Assembly (NCBI GenBank): GCA_965248925.1
Contig: CBDFLE010000004.1
Span: 220,748-284,747 of the forward strand
Direction of reading: 5' to 3'
Length of the DNA stretch: 64,000 nt
Source: Candidatus Multivoradales bacterium
GTDB lineage: Bacteria; Acidobacteriota; Thermoanaerobaculia; Multivoradales; J023
How positions within the stretch are numbered: the first letter of the stretch is position 1; each line of letters opens with the position of its first letter. The notes under the pieces were generated by a model. It was given only the letters and a program-made list of their open reading frames with translations, was not told where the DNA came from and made no database searches. The translations under genes and the position numbers were made by a program. Below, piece after piece: positions 27,001 to 38,097 of this stretch.

Positions 27001-30000
27001 GTGATCGCGACTTCCTCTACCACTACGACGCCCAGGGAAGATTGACCAGTTTCGAGACTCCAGTCGTCGACCTCGGCAGCGGCAGCAGCCAGCGCCTGTC
27101 GACCACCTACGCCTACCACGCCGCCGGCACCGGCCTGGCTGGCCAGCTCAGCCAACGCGATGATCTGAAAAGCGAGACCGACGCCAAGAGCCAGACCTGG
27201 CTCACCCTGCGGTATCAGGACTCCGACGGCAACGGCCGCCCCGATGCGCTCAAAGAACAAGACTGGGGAGCGGGGACAGTGCATTTGGCCTTCGATTTCG
27301 ACGGCCAGCAGACCACCCTGACCGATCGGCGGGGCAAAGTCTGGACCTACCATCTCAACGCCGCTGGGCAGATGCTCAGCGAGCGCGACCCGGCGTCTCA
27401 TCAGTCGAACTGGTCCTACGAGCCGAGTGGTGCATTGGCACAGGCCACCGAGGCGGGGGGAATCACCACCGGTCTGACCTACGGCTCGGACTCTCCGCGC
27501 CAGCGGGGCAATGTGTCGAGCGTGACGACGACGCCTTCCCCTGGCCACCCCAACCCCGTCTCGCCGGTGGTGGTGCAGGTGCTAGAGAGGGTTAAGAAAA
27601 CCAATCGGGTGGCCAGTTGGAACGATAAGCACGGTGCTCAGCACCTGATCATTTCCTATCCCAACGAGCTGCCCAAGGTGCGTCAAGACGCCTATGGCAC
27701 ACCGCTCAACGCCACCTCGTCGATGAAGTACGACCTTTTCGGTCGGATCACCGAGCAGATTGCCCCCAACCAGAGCGTCACCAGTTTTACCTACGGCGAG
27801 GATGGCTACCTGACTCAGGTGGTCGCCGACGCCCAGAACCTGGCTCTGAGCACCGACTTTCTGGCGCGCGACGCCCGTGGCAATCCGCTGCGCTGGCGCG
27901 ACCCGCGCGGGGTGATCCACGAAGCTGAGTACAACGCCCTTGGCTGGCTGCTGCGTCAGCGGCAAGCGATCTCGGGCGGCGGCGCCCCGATCGACCTGGT
28001 GAGTGAATTCGACTACGACGCCAACGGTCAGGTCACGGAGACCCGCCTCTCCTACAGTGGCGGCGGGATGACCGCGACTCGCTTCACTTACGGAATTCTC
28101 GGCGAGCTACTGCGCAGCGAGCGCGAGGTCGAGACCGGCGGGGTGGCGATCCTCGAGACCGTAGCGTACGACTCCCATCTCAACCCGACTCGCATCGTCG
28201 ATGGTGTCGGTGGGGTCACCTTGCTGCAGTACGACGCCCGCAGCCTACCGCTCCGCAAGACCAGCGGGGCGGGTACGGCGGCGGAGATCTCAGAGGAGTA
28301 CTACTACGACGCCGACGGCCGGCTGGTGGTCTACACCGATGCTCGCCAACAAGTTTGGCGTACTGAGTACGACGGCTTGGGACGCCCCGCGGCGCAGATC
28401 AATCCGCTGGGAGAGCGCACCGAGACCGAGTACACCCCAGGTAACCTGCCAATCCGCAAACGCCGCTTGAGTGCCTCGGGCGTCTTGAAGAGCGAGCAGC
28501 AATGGCAGTGGGACGTGCGTGCTCGGCAGACCCGCGGATTTGCTCATCTGTGGGCCTACGGCGAGGGTGGCGGCGATGGCGAAGCTCATCAGCAGCTGAC
28601 GACAGAGTTAACTTACGATGCCATCTCGAATCTGCTCACCGTCGAGGGTCCTGGCATCTCGTTGGAGCATCGCTACGACTCGGCGGGGCGGCGGACCTTC
28701 TCGCAAGACCAGGCCGGCAACATCGTCGAGCTGGACCTCGACCCGCTAGGTCTGGTCACCACCCAACGCCACATCGAGCAGCTCGCCGAGGGGGGCACCG
28801 CGACCGTCGAGAACACCTTCACCCACGACGCTTTGGGCCGTCCGCTGAGCGAGAGTCTGCCGCACGGTGGCAGCCGCAGCTGGCAATATGACGTCCGTGG
28901 CAACCTGACTCGTTTTGCCGACGCCGACGGCCGCGTCTGGACCTGGCAATACGACGGCCTCGACCGCCGGCTCGCCGAGCAGGCTCCGGGAGGTGTTGAC
29001 CTCAGCCACACCTATGACCAGGCTTCGCGGCCGCTGACCTACACCGACGCTCTCGGTAACCAGACCCGCTGGGTCTACGACATTCTGGGTCGGCGCACCG
29101 ACTGGCTGCTCAACGGCGTCGGAGTAGAGATCTACGGCCACGACGAGAGCGGCAACCCAACCTCCATCCTGCGCGCCGACGGCAGCCGCATCGACCAGAG
29201 TTTCGATGCCGCCGGCCGGCTGATCAGCCGCCAGATCAACCTCCCTGACGGCACCCTGGGCGAGGCCGAGAGCTACTCCCATGACGCCCTGGGCGGATCA
29301 CTCAGCAAACCGCGGGCGGCATCTCCACCCAGCACAGCTTCGACTCGTTGTCGCGGCTGACCGCCGAGACCACCGCTGATCTCACCGTCGGTTACCAGCA
29401 CGATGCCGCCGGCAACCTGATTCAGATCAGCTACCCCTCGGGTCGCCGGGTCGACATCGTGCCCGACGGGCTCAATCGCCCCTCCACGGTCGCCTGGGCG
29501 GCGCCCGGCCCGCCCGAAGTCAAGGTGCGCTACGGCTATCGCGGCGGCAATCTGATGTCCTCCCGCAGCCTGGCCCAGCTCACCGGGGTGAAGACTTTTG
29601 ATGCCGGCCGGCGCACCGCCGGCTGGCAAGTCCAGGATGCTGGCAACCAGTTGCTGCTCGGCGAAAGCCTGACCTGGACCCCCGGCTCGCGGCTGGCCAC
29701 CGCCACCCGCACCGATTTGGGTGGCCTCACCCGTCGTTACGGCTACCAGGACGGTCGCTTGATCTCGGCCATCCAGACTGGCGGCCCGGCCTCCAGCGCC
29801 CCGGCCGCCACCGGCTGGGCCGACGTGCCCGCGAGCTTCACCTACAGCTACGACCGAGCCCAGAATCTGCTGGGGATGGACTTCGCACAAAGCTGCGCAG
29901 CCACCCAGGTCGCCCTGCCGCTGGATGGCAGCGGCTGGAACCGCCCGGCTTCAGTAGCCGGCGAAGCGCTCCAGTGGACCCCACGCCAGGAGCTGGCGAG

Positions 30001-32125
30001 CAAAGGAAATCTCAACTTCACTTACAGCTGGGACCACCGTCCCATCGAACTTCGGCGCAATGGGGTGACGATCGCCAGCTACAAATACGACTCCCAAGGT
30101 CGCCGAGTCGAGCGCCAAGTCGGCGCCGACACCTACACCACCGTCTGGTCCGGCTGGCAGCCGATCGAAGAATACAAAAACGGTCTATTGCACAGCCGCC
30201 GCACCTACGGCGTTGGCCTCGACGAACTTATTCGCCTCGAAAGCGACCTCGACGGCGACGGTGTTCTAGAGCAAGAATACCTGCCCTTCTACGACACGAT
30301 CGGCAACCTCGTCCTACTCACCAACGAAGCCGGCAAGCCCATCGAACGCTATGCCTACGGCCCCTATGGCCGGCAGTGGATCGTCGCCGACTCGACAGCG
30401 CCGGTAGTCGAGCAGATCCGCATGAAAAGTGACGAGCTGTGGATCGAGTTTTCCGAAGAAGTGCGTCTCGATCGCCTGCAAGCCGTCGCCAGCGCCGGCA
30501 CGCTGACGCTAGTCAACGCCCTCGGCGATGAGATCAGCTTGCAGATCGAGCAGCCCGTCGACAACGGCCGCGCCGCCCGGCGGCGCGTGGTGCTGAGCGA
30601 GGCGCCGAGCCAGAATCCCCCACGCTGGCCAGCGGCGGGCGAGACTGCCACCCTGACTATCCCAGCCGGAGCCCTGGTCGACCTCTTCGAAAACAAAGGC
30701 GCGGCCGTGGCCGAAGCTATGACCTGGCCGGCCACCGCGGACGAGATCCACAGCGACACAGCCCCTCCCCAGCTGCTCCACGCTTGCGTCACACCGCAGA
30801 GAAAAGTCGAGCTGGAATTCAGCGAGCCCCTCGACGAAGCGACCCTCGACACCATCCAGCTCAACAGCGCAGCAACCACCTGGACCGTCTCGGCCGATGG
30901 CTATCGCCTGACCAGCGGCGCCCTCGCGGTCGGCTCCAACACCCTGCTGGTAGACGGCGAACTGAAAGACCTCGCCGGCACCTCTCTAGCCGGCACCGTG
31001 AGCGAGAGCTTCATCGTCAGCCAGGGTCAGGGCACGATCATCCACAGCGCCCCCTACGCCGGGCAGATCACTGCCTCGGCTACCGGTAACCCGTTTGGCT
31101 TCAAAGGCTTGCCGAGAGACCCGGAGAGTGGGCTGATCTATGTCAGGCACCGCTACTACGATCCAGAAATAGGCCGGTGGATCACCTCCGATCCACTGGG
31201 ACTCGTCGATGGGTCGAACCGCTACCAGTTTGCCCTGAATGATCCGACTAACAACAGCGATCCCACCGGGGAGTTTGTGGTTGTTGGTTCGATCCTGATC
31301 GCAGCGGCGATCTACGGGGCTACTCACGAGATCGAACGAGCTACAGACCTTGATCCGTATGCAAGCGTCGGCGGTGCGGCGACCTTGGGAGCAGGGAAGG
31401 GTCTGGTGGTTGGTGGTCTTGCCCTAGCCTCGGGAGGATTTGGTGGAGGACTAGCTGCTGGGCTTGGGGGTGGTGCAGTTACCCAGGGTGCTACGGCGGG
31501 TGTCTTTGCGGGTGTTGGTGGCGTCTTTGCGGAGGATGTGATCGATGTTGGGGTGCTGCATCATCGGGAGAGCTTCAGCTCTATCGGGCGGTATGCTGGG
31601 GCAGCGGCGATTGGTGGTGTTGGTGGGGCGGTTCTGGGGCGGATTGGCCAAGCCGGGACTCGGGCAAATAGACTAGCGCTCCAGGGGCGTGTCCAAGGTC
31701 GATTACGGTCGGCAAGCACGCCGCGAATCAACTTAGCTCCCAAGATTCGGTATCACTACGCCCCGGAAAGAACTATTTCTGCCATTAGAGCATCGAGAGT
31801 TCTCAAAGCAGCAGATCTGGGCGCTCCTCTGGTCAGCACTCCGAAAGCATGGGTTACTCCAATTGCTCCAGCACGACTCGCTGGCCCCTTTGGGTGGCTA
31901 CACCGGTTGCGCTTGGGCTTTAGCCCAACTCCGAGAATCCCAACCCCTCATTTGAGATCTGGTAAGTTTGTCATGCAGGCTGAAGATTCCTATATTGCTA
32001 TTGATGTTAGTGGACTCCAGCTTACTCGTGCGCCAGTTTGGAAAGCGCCGCTTGGAGGGCAACAATACATCGTTGGAGATATTTCCCTGCGAACCCGACT
32101 TCTTCACTCTGGAGGAATCCGATAG
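24037..32125 (+). pseudogene. 5'-truncated Rhs toxin B with a frameshift near 29291; tip has a Gly-rich hydrophobic region and a putative HYD1-like ADP-ribosyltransferase
   Basis: Begins abruptly at the equivalent of 10177 in Rhs A; CCCTGGGCGG versus CCCTGGGGCGG in the duplicate at ~39865; tip after DPTG (31271) has YHYAPERTISAI...AWVTPIAP. Confidence 0.8.
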
Positions 32126-32380
32126 GTGTATTCTCAGATTGCAGTAGTTTTTTTGGTGGGTCTAGTCCTGGGCGTTTTGCAATCGCTGTTGGTTGGTATC
32201 CGCATCGGCACCTGGGACGGTGGAACTGGTTGTCTCTGGGGACTCTTGGTTGGGATTGCGTCAGGACTGTGTGCGATCTGGATTGGTTGGTGGGGCAATG
32301 CTGTCGCAGTGTTGATGTCTTTGGTGTGTTTCATCGGTGCCGAAGTGTGGATTAGGAAGAACGGCGCGCCCCGCATGTAG
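32126..32380 (+). CDS. Putative immunity protein 2, small membrane protein
   Basis: Abuts the toxin stop; about three hydrophobic segments in 84 aa. Confidence 0.65.
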   Translation: MYSQIAVVFLVGLVLGVLQSLLVGIRIGTWDGGTGCLWGLLVGIASGLCAIWIGWWGNAVAVLMSLVCFIGAEVWIRKNGAPRM

Positions 32381-32394
32381 TGTCTTGCCTGCCG

Positions 32395-32416
32395 TGTCCC
32401 GTCCGCCGCGTCGTCC
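32395..32416 (+). repeat. End-motif copy at the left border of the primase/recombinase element
   Basis: TGTCCCGTCCGCCGCGTCGTCC, 14 nt after the immunity stop. Confidence 0.75.
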
Positions 32417-32509
32417 CTGAATAGGTGCCAGCCGATTCGCAATCCGCCTAGAATCAGCAGCTTGCCTTGACCAAAGCCCGGCTAGCGCCGGGCATTGCTG
32501 CATCCGCGG

Positions 32510-32863
32510 TCAGATACCAGCCTGTTGGAGGACGGTCTCGATCATCTGCGAGACGAATTTCTGCTGGCTCCTTGGCAGTTTGGCTAGCTGCTCAAGCTGA
32601 TGCTGTAGCTTGGAAGTAGGGCCCCGCTTGGCCTGCCGCGTTTCAACTCCGATCAGCTCAGCGATGGAGATCCCCAAAGCCTTGGAGAGGGTGGGGAGAT
32701 CGGTCACCGGAACCCGCCTTCGGCCCTTCTCTAGAGAGACGACCCGTTGCTGTGAGCAGCCGAGCATCTCGGCGAGCTGCACCTGGGTCATGCCCCGGCT
32801 CCTGCGGAGAGTGGCCATCCGTTTGCCAAGCTGCTGAAAGAAGTTCTTCTCGTCTGAGGTCAT
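32510..32863 (-). CDS. XRE-family HTH repressor
   Basis: LRRSRGMTQVQLAEMLGCSQQRVVSLEKGRRR; C-terminal KRGPTSKLQHQLEQL; divergent from the replication operon. Confidence 0.88.
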   Translation of the reverse strand: MTSDEKNFFQQLGKRMATLRRSRGMTQVQLAEMLGCSQQRVVSLEKGRRRVPVTDLPTLSKALGISIAELIGVETRQAKRGPTSKLQHQLEQLAKLPRSQQKFVSQMIETVLQQAGI

Positions 32864-32938
32864 CGCTCCATCCACCTTGTTCTAGGCGATAAGTGTATCC
32901 CTGGATTTCCATATTGGGGTTTTATATACTCCGAAACG

Positions 32939-32947
32939 TGTTATAAT
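32939..32947 (+). promoter_or_regulatory. Extended -10 promoter TGtTATAAT of the symE-primase-recombinase operon
   Basis: Consensus TGnTATAAT in an AT-rich intergenic patch 60 nt upstream of ATG 33007. Confidence 0.6.
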
Positions 32948-33006
32948 TCGTTTGAGTTTGAGACCCCAGAACGGCCTTGACAGGTTTTCAGCCGAAGGAG
33001 AGCCCC

Positions 33007-33219
33007 ATGATCGACCGCACTCTGACCGTCTCCAGCCTCTACCCTTCGTCGTCTTCGCCCTCGGGCTGGCGCTCGGTGCGCCAGGCCCGCCGCCAGCAGG
33101 CGGTGCCCTACTTGCGGCTGTCAGGCCACTGGCTGGAGTCGGCGGGTTTCGAGATCGGCTCGAAGGTGCGGGTGGTGGTCGAGTCGGACCGCCTGGTGGT
33201 GGAGCCGGCGGATGTGTGA
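33007..33219 (+). CDS. SymE-family protein 1
   Basis: PYLRLSGHWLESAGFEIGSKVRV signature; AAGGAG RBS. Confidence 0.8.
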   Translation: MIDRTLTVSSLYPSSSSPSGWRSVRQARRQQAVPYLRLSGHWLESAGFEIGSKVRVVVESDRLVVEPADV

Positions 33220-33433
33220 GCAGCAGCTCCGGGTGTCGGGCTTCTATCGTCCCGGTTGGCCGGCGGCGCCTGGGGTGGAGCGGCCGTCGCCGCTGCTGCT
33301 GCTGGTGGGCTCGTGGCTGGCGGAGGCGGGCTTTGCTCCTGGTGATGAGGTGCGGGTGTCGGGGCGGGACGGTCGTTTGCAGGTGGTGCGGCGGGAGCTG
33401 GAGGATGAGACGTCGGCTTGGGGAGGGGAGTAG
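33212..33433 (+). CDS. SymE-family protein 2
   Basis: PLLLLVGSWLAEAGFAPGDEVRV signature; overlaps the preceding gene. Confidence 0.75.
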   Translation: MCEQQLRVSGFYRPGWPAAPGVERPSPLLLLVGSWLAEAGFAPGDEVRVSGRDGRLQVVRRELEDETSAWGGE

Positions 33434-33435
33434 GG

Positions 33436-36400
33436 GTGAGCCGGATTCCGCAAGCGGAGGTGGAGCGGCTAAAGCGAGAGGTTGCCGTGGAGCGCCTGGC
33501 CTTGGCACGGGGGGTGAAGCTGAAGCGGCACGGGGCGGACCTGCTGGGGCTGTGCCCGTTCCACGACGATCGCGAGCCGTCACTGGTGATCTCGCCGAAG
33601 AAGAACCTCTGGCATTGCCTGGGTGCCTGCCAGGCGGGCGGGTCGGTGATCGATTGGGTGATGCGAGATCGTGGGGTGTCGTTTCGCCACGCGGTGGAGC
33701 TGCTGCGCTCGGATCTGCCGGCGGCGGTGGTGGCTGAGGCACAAACCTCGGCGCCGGCTTTACCGTCGCCGGTGGCGGCTGAGGCGGCGGACGCGGAGCT
33801 GCTCGGCCAGGTCGTCGGCTATTACCACGAGGCTTTGAAGGAGAGCCCGGAGGCGCTGGGGTATCTAGAGAGTCGGGGGCTGAAGCATCCGGAGATGATC
33901 GAGCATTTCCAGCTCGGTTTTGCCAACCGGACGCTGGGCTACCGGCTGCCGGATAAGTCGGTGAAGGCGGGGCGTGAGATTCGGGGAAGGCTTCAGCAGC
34001 TGGGGGTTCTGCGCCAGAGCGGTCACGAGCATTTCAATGGGTCGTTGGTGATCCCGGTTTTCGGTGGTGATGGCCAGGTGGTGGAGATCTACGGCCGCAA
34101 GGTCGGCGAGCGATTGCGCAAAGGGACGCCCTTGCATCTCTATCTGCCGGGTCCACACCGAGGGATCTTCAATGTGGAAGCTCTGGTGGCTTCGAGCGAG
34201 ATCATTCTGTGCGAGTCGCTGATCGACGCCTTGACCTTCTGGTGCGCTGGCTACCGCAACGTGAACTCGGCCTACGGAATCAACGGCTTTACGGACGAGA
34301 TGCTGGCAGCCTTCGGTGGCCACGGAGTCGAGCGGGTGTTGATCGCCTACGACCGGGATGGCGCGGGCGAGAAAGCTGCTGGGAAGCTAGCCGAGAAGTT
34401 AACAGGTGCCGGGATCGACTGCTACCGGATCCAGTTTCCACGCGGCATGGATGCCAACGAGTACGCGCTGAAGGTGACTCCGGCCGCGAAGTCGCTGGCG
34501 GTGGTGATCCGTAAAGCACAGTGGCTCGGCAAAGGCAAGGCGCCTGGCGTGGAACTGGGTCTTGGGCCAACAGCTGGCCCATTGGCCCCGCCGGACACCA
34601 CCGCAGAGGCTGTACTCGCCCCGCCGGCAAAGCCTTCGACACCGCCGAATACGGCCGGAGAGGCGGTATTGGAGCTGCCAGCCTCGACCGAAGCCTCTCC
34701 ACTGCCGGCTCCGCCACCGCCAGAAGTGCCAGCCGAGGTGCGTGAGCAGGAGGTGGTCTTGTCGCTCGGCGATCGCCGCTATCGGATTCGCGGACTGGCG
34801 AAGAACCTGGCCTACGACTTGCTGAAGATCAACCTCCTCGCAGGCCGGGGGGACGCCTTCCACGTCGACAATCTGGATCTCTACTCGGCGCGCCAGCGGG
34901 CTGTCTTCCAGAAGGCCGCAGCGGCCGAGCTGGGGGTGGATGCGGAGGTGGTGAAGACAGATCTTGGCAAGGTGCTGCTGAAGCTCGAGGAGCTGCAGGA
35001 CGAGCAGATCCGCGCGGCGCTGGAGCCGAAGAGCGAGGCGGTGGAGCTGTCGGATGTGGAGACGTCGGAGGCCCTGGCGCTGCTGCGCTCGCCGGATCTT
35101 CTGGTGCGGATTCTGAAGGATTTTGAAGCGTGTGGAGTGGTCGGCGAGGAGGTCAACAAGCTGATGGGCTACCTGGCGTCGACCTCGCGGCTCCTGGAGC
35201 GGCCGCTGGCGGTGGTGGTGCAGTCAAGCTCGGCGGCCGGCAAGTCATCGCTGATGGAAGCGATTCTGGCTTTGATGCCGGGCGAACGCCAGGTCAAGTA
35301 TTCGGCGATGACCGGGCAGAGCCTCTTCTACATGGGTGAGACGAACTTGCAGCACAAGATTCTGGCGATCGTCGAAGAGGAGGGCGCCGAACGAGTGAGC
35401 TATGCGCTCAAGCTCTTGCAGAGTGAGGGCGAGCTGACGATTGCCTCGACCGGGAAAGATCCTTCGAGCGGTCGGCTAGTGACCCACGAGTACCGGGTCG
35501 AGGGGCCAGTGATGATCTTTTTGACGACCACGGCGATCGACATCGACGAGGAGCTGCTGAATCGCTGCCTGGTCTTGAGCGTGGACGAGGCTCGGGAGCA
35601 GACGCGGGCAATCCACAAGCTGCAACGGGAGCGGCGCACTCTTGAAGGGCTGCTGAGGAGGAAGCGCCGGGAGGGGGTGGTGGCGCTGCATCAGAACGCG
35701 CAGCGGTTGCTACGGCCGCTAGCGGTGGTCAATCCCTTCGCTCCGGAGCTGACCTTTCTCGATACGCAGATCAGAACCCGTCGGGATCATGAGAAGTACC
35801 TGACGCTGATCGACGTAATTGCTCTCTTGCATCAGTACCAGCGAGAGGTGAAGCGGGCAGCGGTCGACGGGCGAGAGGTGGAGTACGTGGAGGTGGCGCT
35901 GTCGGACATCGAGACGGCCAATCGGCTGGCCCACGAGGTGTTGGGGCGGTCGCTCGATGAGCTGCCGCCGCAGACTCGGCGACTTCTGGAAAAGCTAGAT
36001 GAGCTGGTGTCGGCCGAGTGCGAGCGCTTGGAGATGGAGCGCAACCACTTCCGCTTCACGCGCCGGGAAGTGAGGGAGGCAACGGGCTGGTCTTATCCTC
36101 AAGTGCGGGTGCATCTCGCCCGCCTGGTGGAGCTGGAGTATGTGCTGGTGCATCACGGTGGCCGAGGCCAGAGCTTCGTCTACGAGCTGCTCCACGAAGG
36201 CGCCGGCGAGGCGGGGACACCGGTACTAGCAGGCTTGATCGATGTCGAAGCGCTTCGATCCGTTGGTACGACGGAAAGTTTGAGGGGCGAGAAGCCGAAG
36301 TTTGACCTCCCATTGACCCCCCATTGCTGCCCCATTGATCCCCCATTGCTGGGTGAGTTTTCCTCAACAGAATCAATAGCTTCGGCCGAAAATCAGCCCT

Positions 36401-36507
36401 TGTTCCCGAAGAATGCACTTAAGGGGGATAGAGAAGAGGCTACGTCGTGTCGTAACTCAGGGGGTCGCACCGGGGTCGGGCTGGGACTGTCGTTAGGGGC
36501 GCGCTGA
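33436..36507 (+). CDS. CHC2 zinc-finger/Toprim DNA primase fused to a P-loop ATPase
   Basis: CPFHDD...WHCLGAC; ILCESLIDAL and AYDRD Toprim motifs; Pro-rich linker; SSSAAGKS Walker A. Confidence 0.9.
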   Translation: MSRIPQAEVERLKREVAVERLALARGVKLKRHGADLLGLCPFHDDREPSLVISPKKNLWHCLGACQAGGSVIDWVMRDRGVSFRHAVELLRSDLPAAVVAEAQTSAPALPSPVAAEAADAELLGQVVGYYHEALKESPEALGYLESRGLKHPEMIEHFQLGFANRTLGYRLPDKSVKAGREIRGRLQQLGVLRQSGHEHFNGSLVIPVFGGDGQVVEIYGRKVGERLRKGTPLHLYLPGPHRGIFNVEALVASSEIILCESLIDALTFWCAGYRNVNSAYGINGFTDEMLAAFGGHGVERVLIAYDRDGAGEKAAGKLAEKLTGAGIDCYRIQFPRGMDANEYALKVTPAAKSLAVVIRKAQWLGKGKAPGVELGLGPTAGPLAPPDTTAEAVLAPPAKPSTPPNTAGEAVLELPASTEASPLPAPPPPEVPAEVREQEVVLSLGDRRYRIRGLAKNLAYDLLKINLLAGRGDAFHVDNLDLYSARQRAVFQKAAAAELGVDAEVVKTDLGKVLLKLEELQDEQIRAALEPKSEAVELSDVETSEALALLRSPDLLVRILKDFEACGVVGEEVNKLMGYLASTSRLLERPLAVVVQSSSAAGKSSLMEAILALMPGERQVKYSAMTGQSLFYMGETNLQHKILAIVEEEGAERVSYALKLLQSEGELTIASTGKDPSSGRLVTHEYRVEGPVMIFLTTTAIDIDEELLNRCLVLSVDEAREQTRAIHKLQRERRTLEGLLRRKRREGVVALHQNAQRLLRPLAVVNPFAPELTFLDTQIRTRRDHEKYLTLIDVIALLHQYQREVKRAAVDGREVEYVEVALSDIETANRLAHEVLGRSLDELPPQTRRLLEKLDELVSAECERLEMERNHFRFTRREVREATGWSYPQVRVHLARLVELEYVLVHHGGRGQSFVYELLHEGAGEAGTPVLAGLIDVEALRSVGTTESLRGEKPKFDLPLTPHCCPIDPPLLGEFSSTESIASAENQPLFPKNALKGDREEATSCRNSGGRTGVGLGLSLGAR

Positions 36508-37592
36508 TGCCACGCCGTGGCGACCGCAAGATCCGCCTCTTACCGGGCAATCAAGCCGATCCCAGGGGCTTCGCGGTGATGGCCGGTCAGTACCTGGAGT
36601 GGATGGCGATCAAGAACTACGCCTCGCGAACCATTGAGAACCGGCATCTATACATCTCGTTTTTCATCGCCTGGTGCGAGGAGCGAGGAGTGTCGCGGCC
36701 GTCGGAAGTCACCAAGCCAATTCTGGAGCGCTACGCCCGGTGGCTCTACCACTACCGCAAGCCAGAGGACGGGCGGCCGCTGTCTTTCCGAGCGCAGCAC
36801 TCGCGGCTGGTGCCGGTCCGTGCCTTCTTCAAGTGGGCGGCGCGAGCCAATCATCTGCTCTACAACCCGGCGTCCGAGCTGGAGCTACCGAAGCTGGAGC
36901 ACCGCCTGCCGGCGGCGGTGCTGACCGCCTCGGAAGCCGACCAGGTGCTCAACCAACCCAACCCTGTCGACCCGCTCGGGATGCGCGATCGGACGATCCT
37001 AGAGGTTTTCTACTCGACCGGCATGCGCCGGGCCGAGCTGATTGGCCTGGGCCGTTACGATCTCGACATCGAACGCGGGACGGTGATGGTGCGTCAGGGC
37101 AAGGGGCGCAAGGATCGAATGATCCCGATCGGCGAGCGGGCGCTGGCCTGGATCGATCGCTATGTCACTGAGGTACGGCCGTCGCTGGTGGTCGAGCCGG
37201 ACGGCGGAACGCTCTTCCTGACCAACGAGGGGACGCCGTTTGCTCCGTCGCGGATAACCCAGATGGTGCGCGGCTATGTGCTCGCCGCCGACCTCGGCAA
37301 GTCGGGCGCCTGTCACCTCTTTCGCCACACCATGGCGACGCTGATGCTCGAAGGTGGGGCGGATATCCGCTTCATCCAGCAAATGCTGGGCCACGCCAAG
37401 CTGGAGACGACGCAGATCTACACTCGGGTGTCGATCAGGAAGCTGAAGTCGATCCACTCGGCGACCCATCCGGGGGCGAAGCTGGGGCGGCGGGTGGCAC
37501 CGCCAGCGACGGAGGAAGACGAGCTGACGGCCGAGGAGCTGCTCGATGCCGTGGAGATCGACGCGGAAGAAGAAGGTGAAGAGCTAGAATGA
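36507..37592 (+). CDS. XerC-like tyrosine recombinase
   Basis: TGMRRAE (R), GKGRK (K), HLFRH, LGH, TTQIY catalytic set. Confidence 0.92.
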   Translation: MPRRGDRKIRLLPGNQADPRGFAVMAGQYLEWMAIKNYASRTIENRHLYISFFIAWCEERGVSRPSEVTKPILERYARWLYHYRKPEDGRPLSFRAQHSRLVPVRAFFKWAARANHLLYNPASELELPKLEHRLPAAVLTASEADQVLNQPNPVDPLGMRDRTILEVFYSTGMRRAELIGLGRYDLDIERGTVMVRQGKGRKDRMIPIGERALAWIDRYVTEVRPSLVVEPDGGTLFLTNEGTPFAPSRITQMVRGYVLAADLGKSGACHLFRHTMATLMLEGGADIRFIQQMLGHAKLETTQIYTRVSIRKLKSIHSATHPGAKLGRRVAPPATEEDELTAEELLDAVEIDAEEEGEELE

Positions 37593-37885
37593 GTCGTGTG
37601 GACTTACGATTCTTCCCCGACCCGGCCACCGGTGAGCCGCATATCTATGAGCACGGTGTCAGCGAGGAGGAGGTCGAAGAGGTGCTGGCCAAACCTGGCG
37701 AGGAGCGCCCCGGTCGAAAGACCTCGCGGATCGTGATCGGGGCGACCGAGGCAGGTCGAATCCTGCGGGTCGTTTACGCACCAGATCCAGATCCGCGCAG
37801 CGTGTTTGTGATTACGGCGTATGATCTACGCGGCAAGCCTCTGGCTGCCTACCGTCGCCGGCAACGGCGCAAGAGACGACGATGA
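37589..37885 (+). CDS. BrnT/DUF4258-like RNase-fold toxin of a type II TA pair
   Basis: HIYEHGVSEEEVEEVL...GATEAGRILRVVY...VITAY pattern. Confidence 0.65.
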   Translation: MSRVDLRFFPDPATGEPHIYEHGVSEEEVEEVLAKPGEERPGRKTSRIVIGATEAGRILRVVYAPDPDPRSVFVITAYDLRGKPLAAYRRRQRRKRRR

Positions 37886-38097
37886 AGAAGAAGAACGCGA
37901 AGAACCAGCTTCCCGAAGGATGGGACGAGGCGCGGGTGCTCGACGTGGTGGAGTACTACGAGAACCAGACCGAAGAGGAGGCGGTGGCCGAGGACGAAGC
38001 GGCCTTCGCAAACTCGACGATGATGGCGGTCCCGCCCTCTCTGGTGCCCGAAGTCCGTCAGCTGATCGCCAAGCACGAAGCAAAGCGGGCAAGCTGA
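37882..38097 (+). CDS. Putative antitoxin partner
   Basis: 71 aa, acidic core; ATGA-coupled to the toxin gene. Confidence 0.6.
   Translation: MKKKNAKNQLPEGWDEARVLDVVEYYENQTEEEAVAEDEAAFANSTMMAVPPSLVPEVRQLIAKHEAKRAS

Noticed and set aside
36507-37592. Housekeeping xerC or integron integrase
   Set aside because: It is coupled to an element primase inside an island, I see no IntI-specific insertion, and no attC-like sites are evident.
32510-38097. Prophage or phage satellite
   Set aside because: No capsid, terminase, tail or packaging-interference genes seen; only replication, recombination and TA functions.
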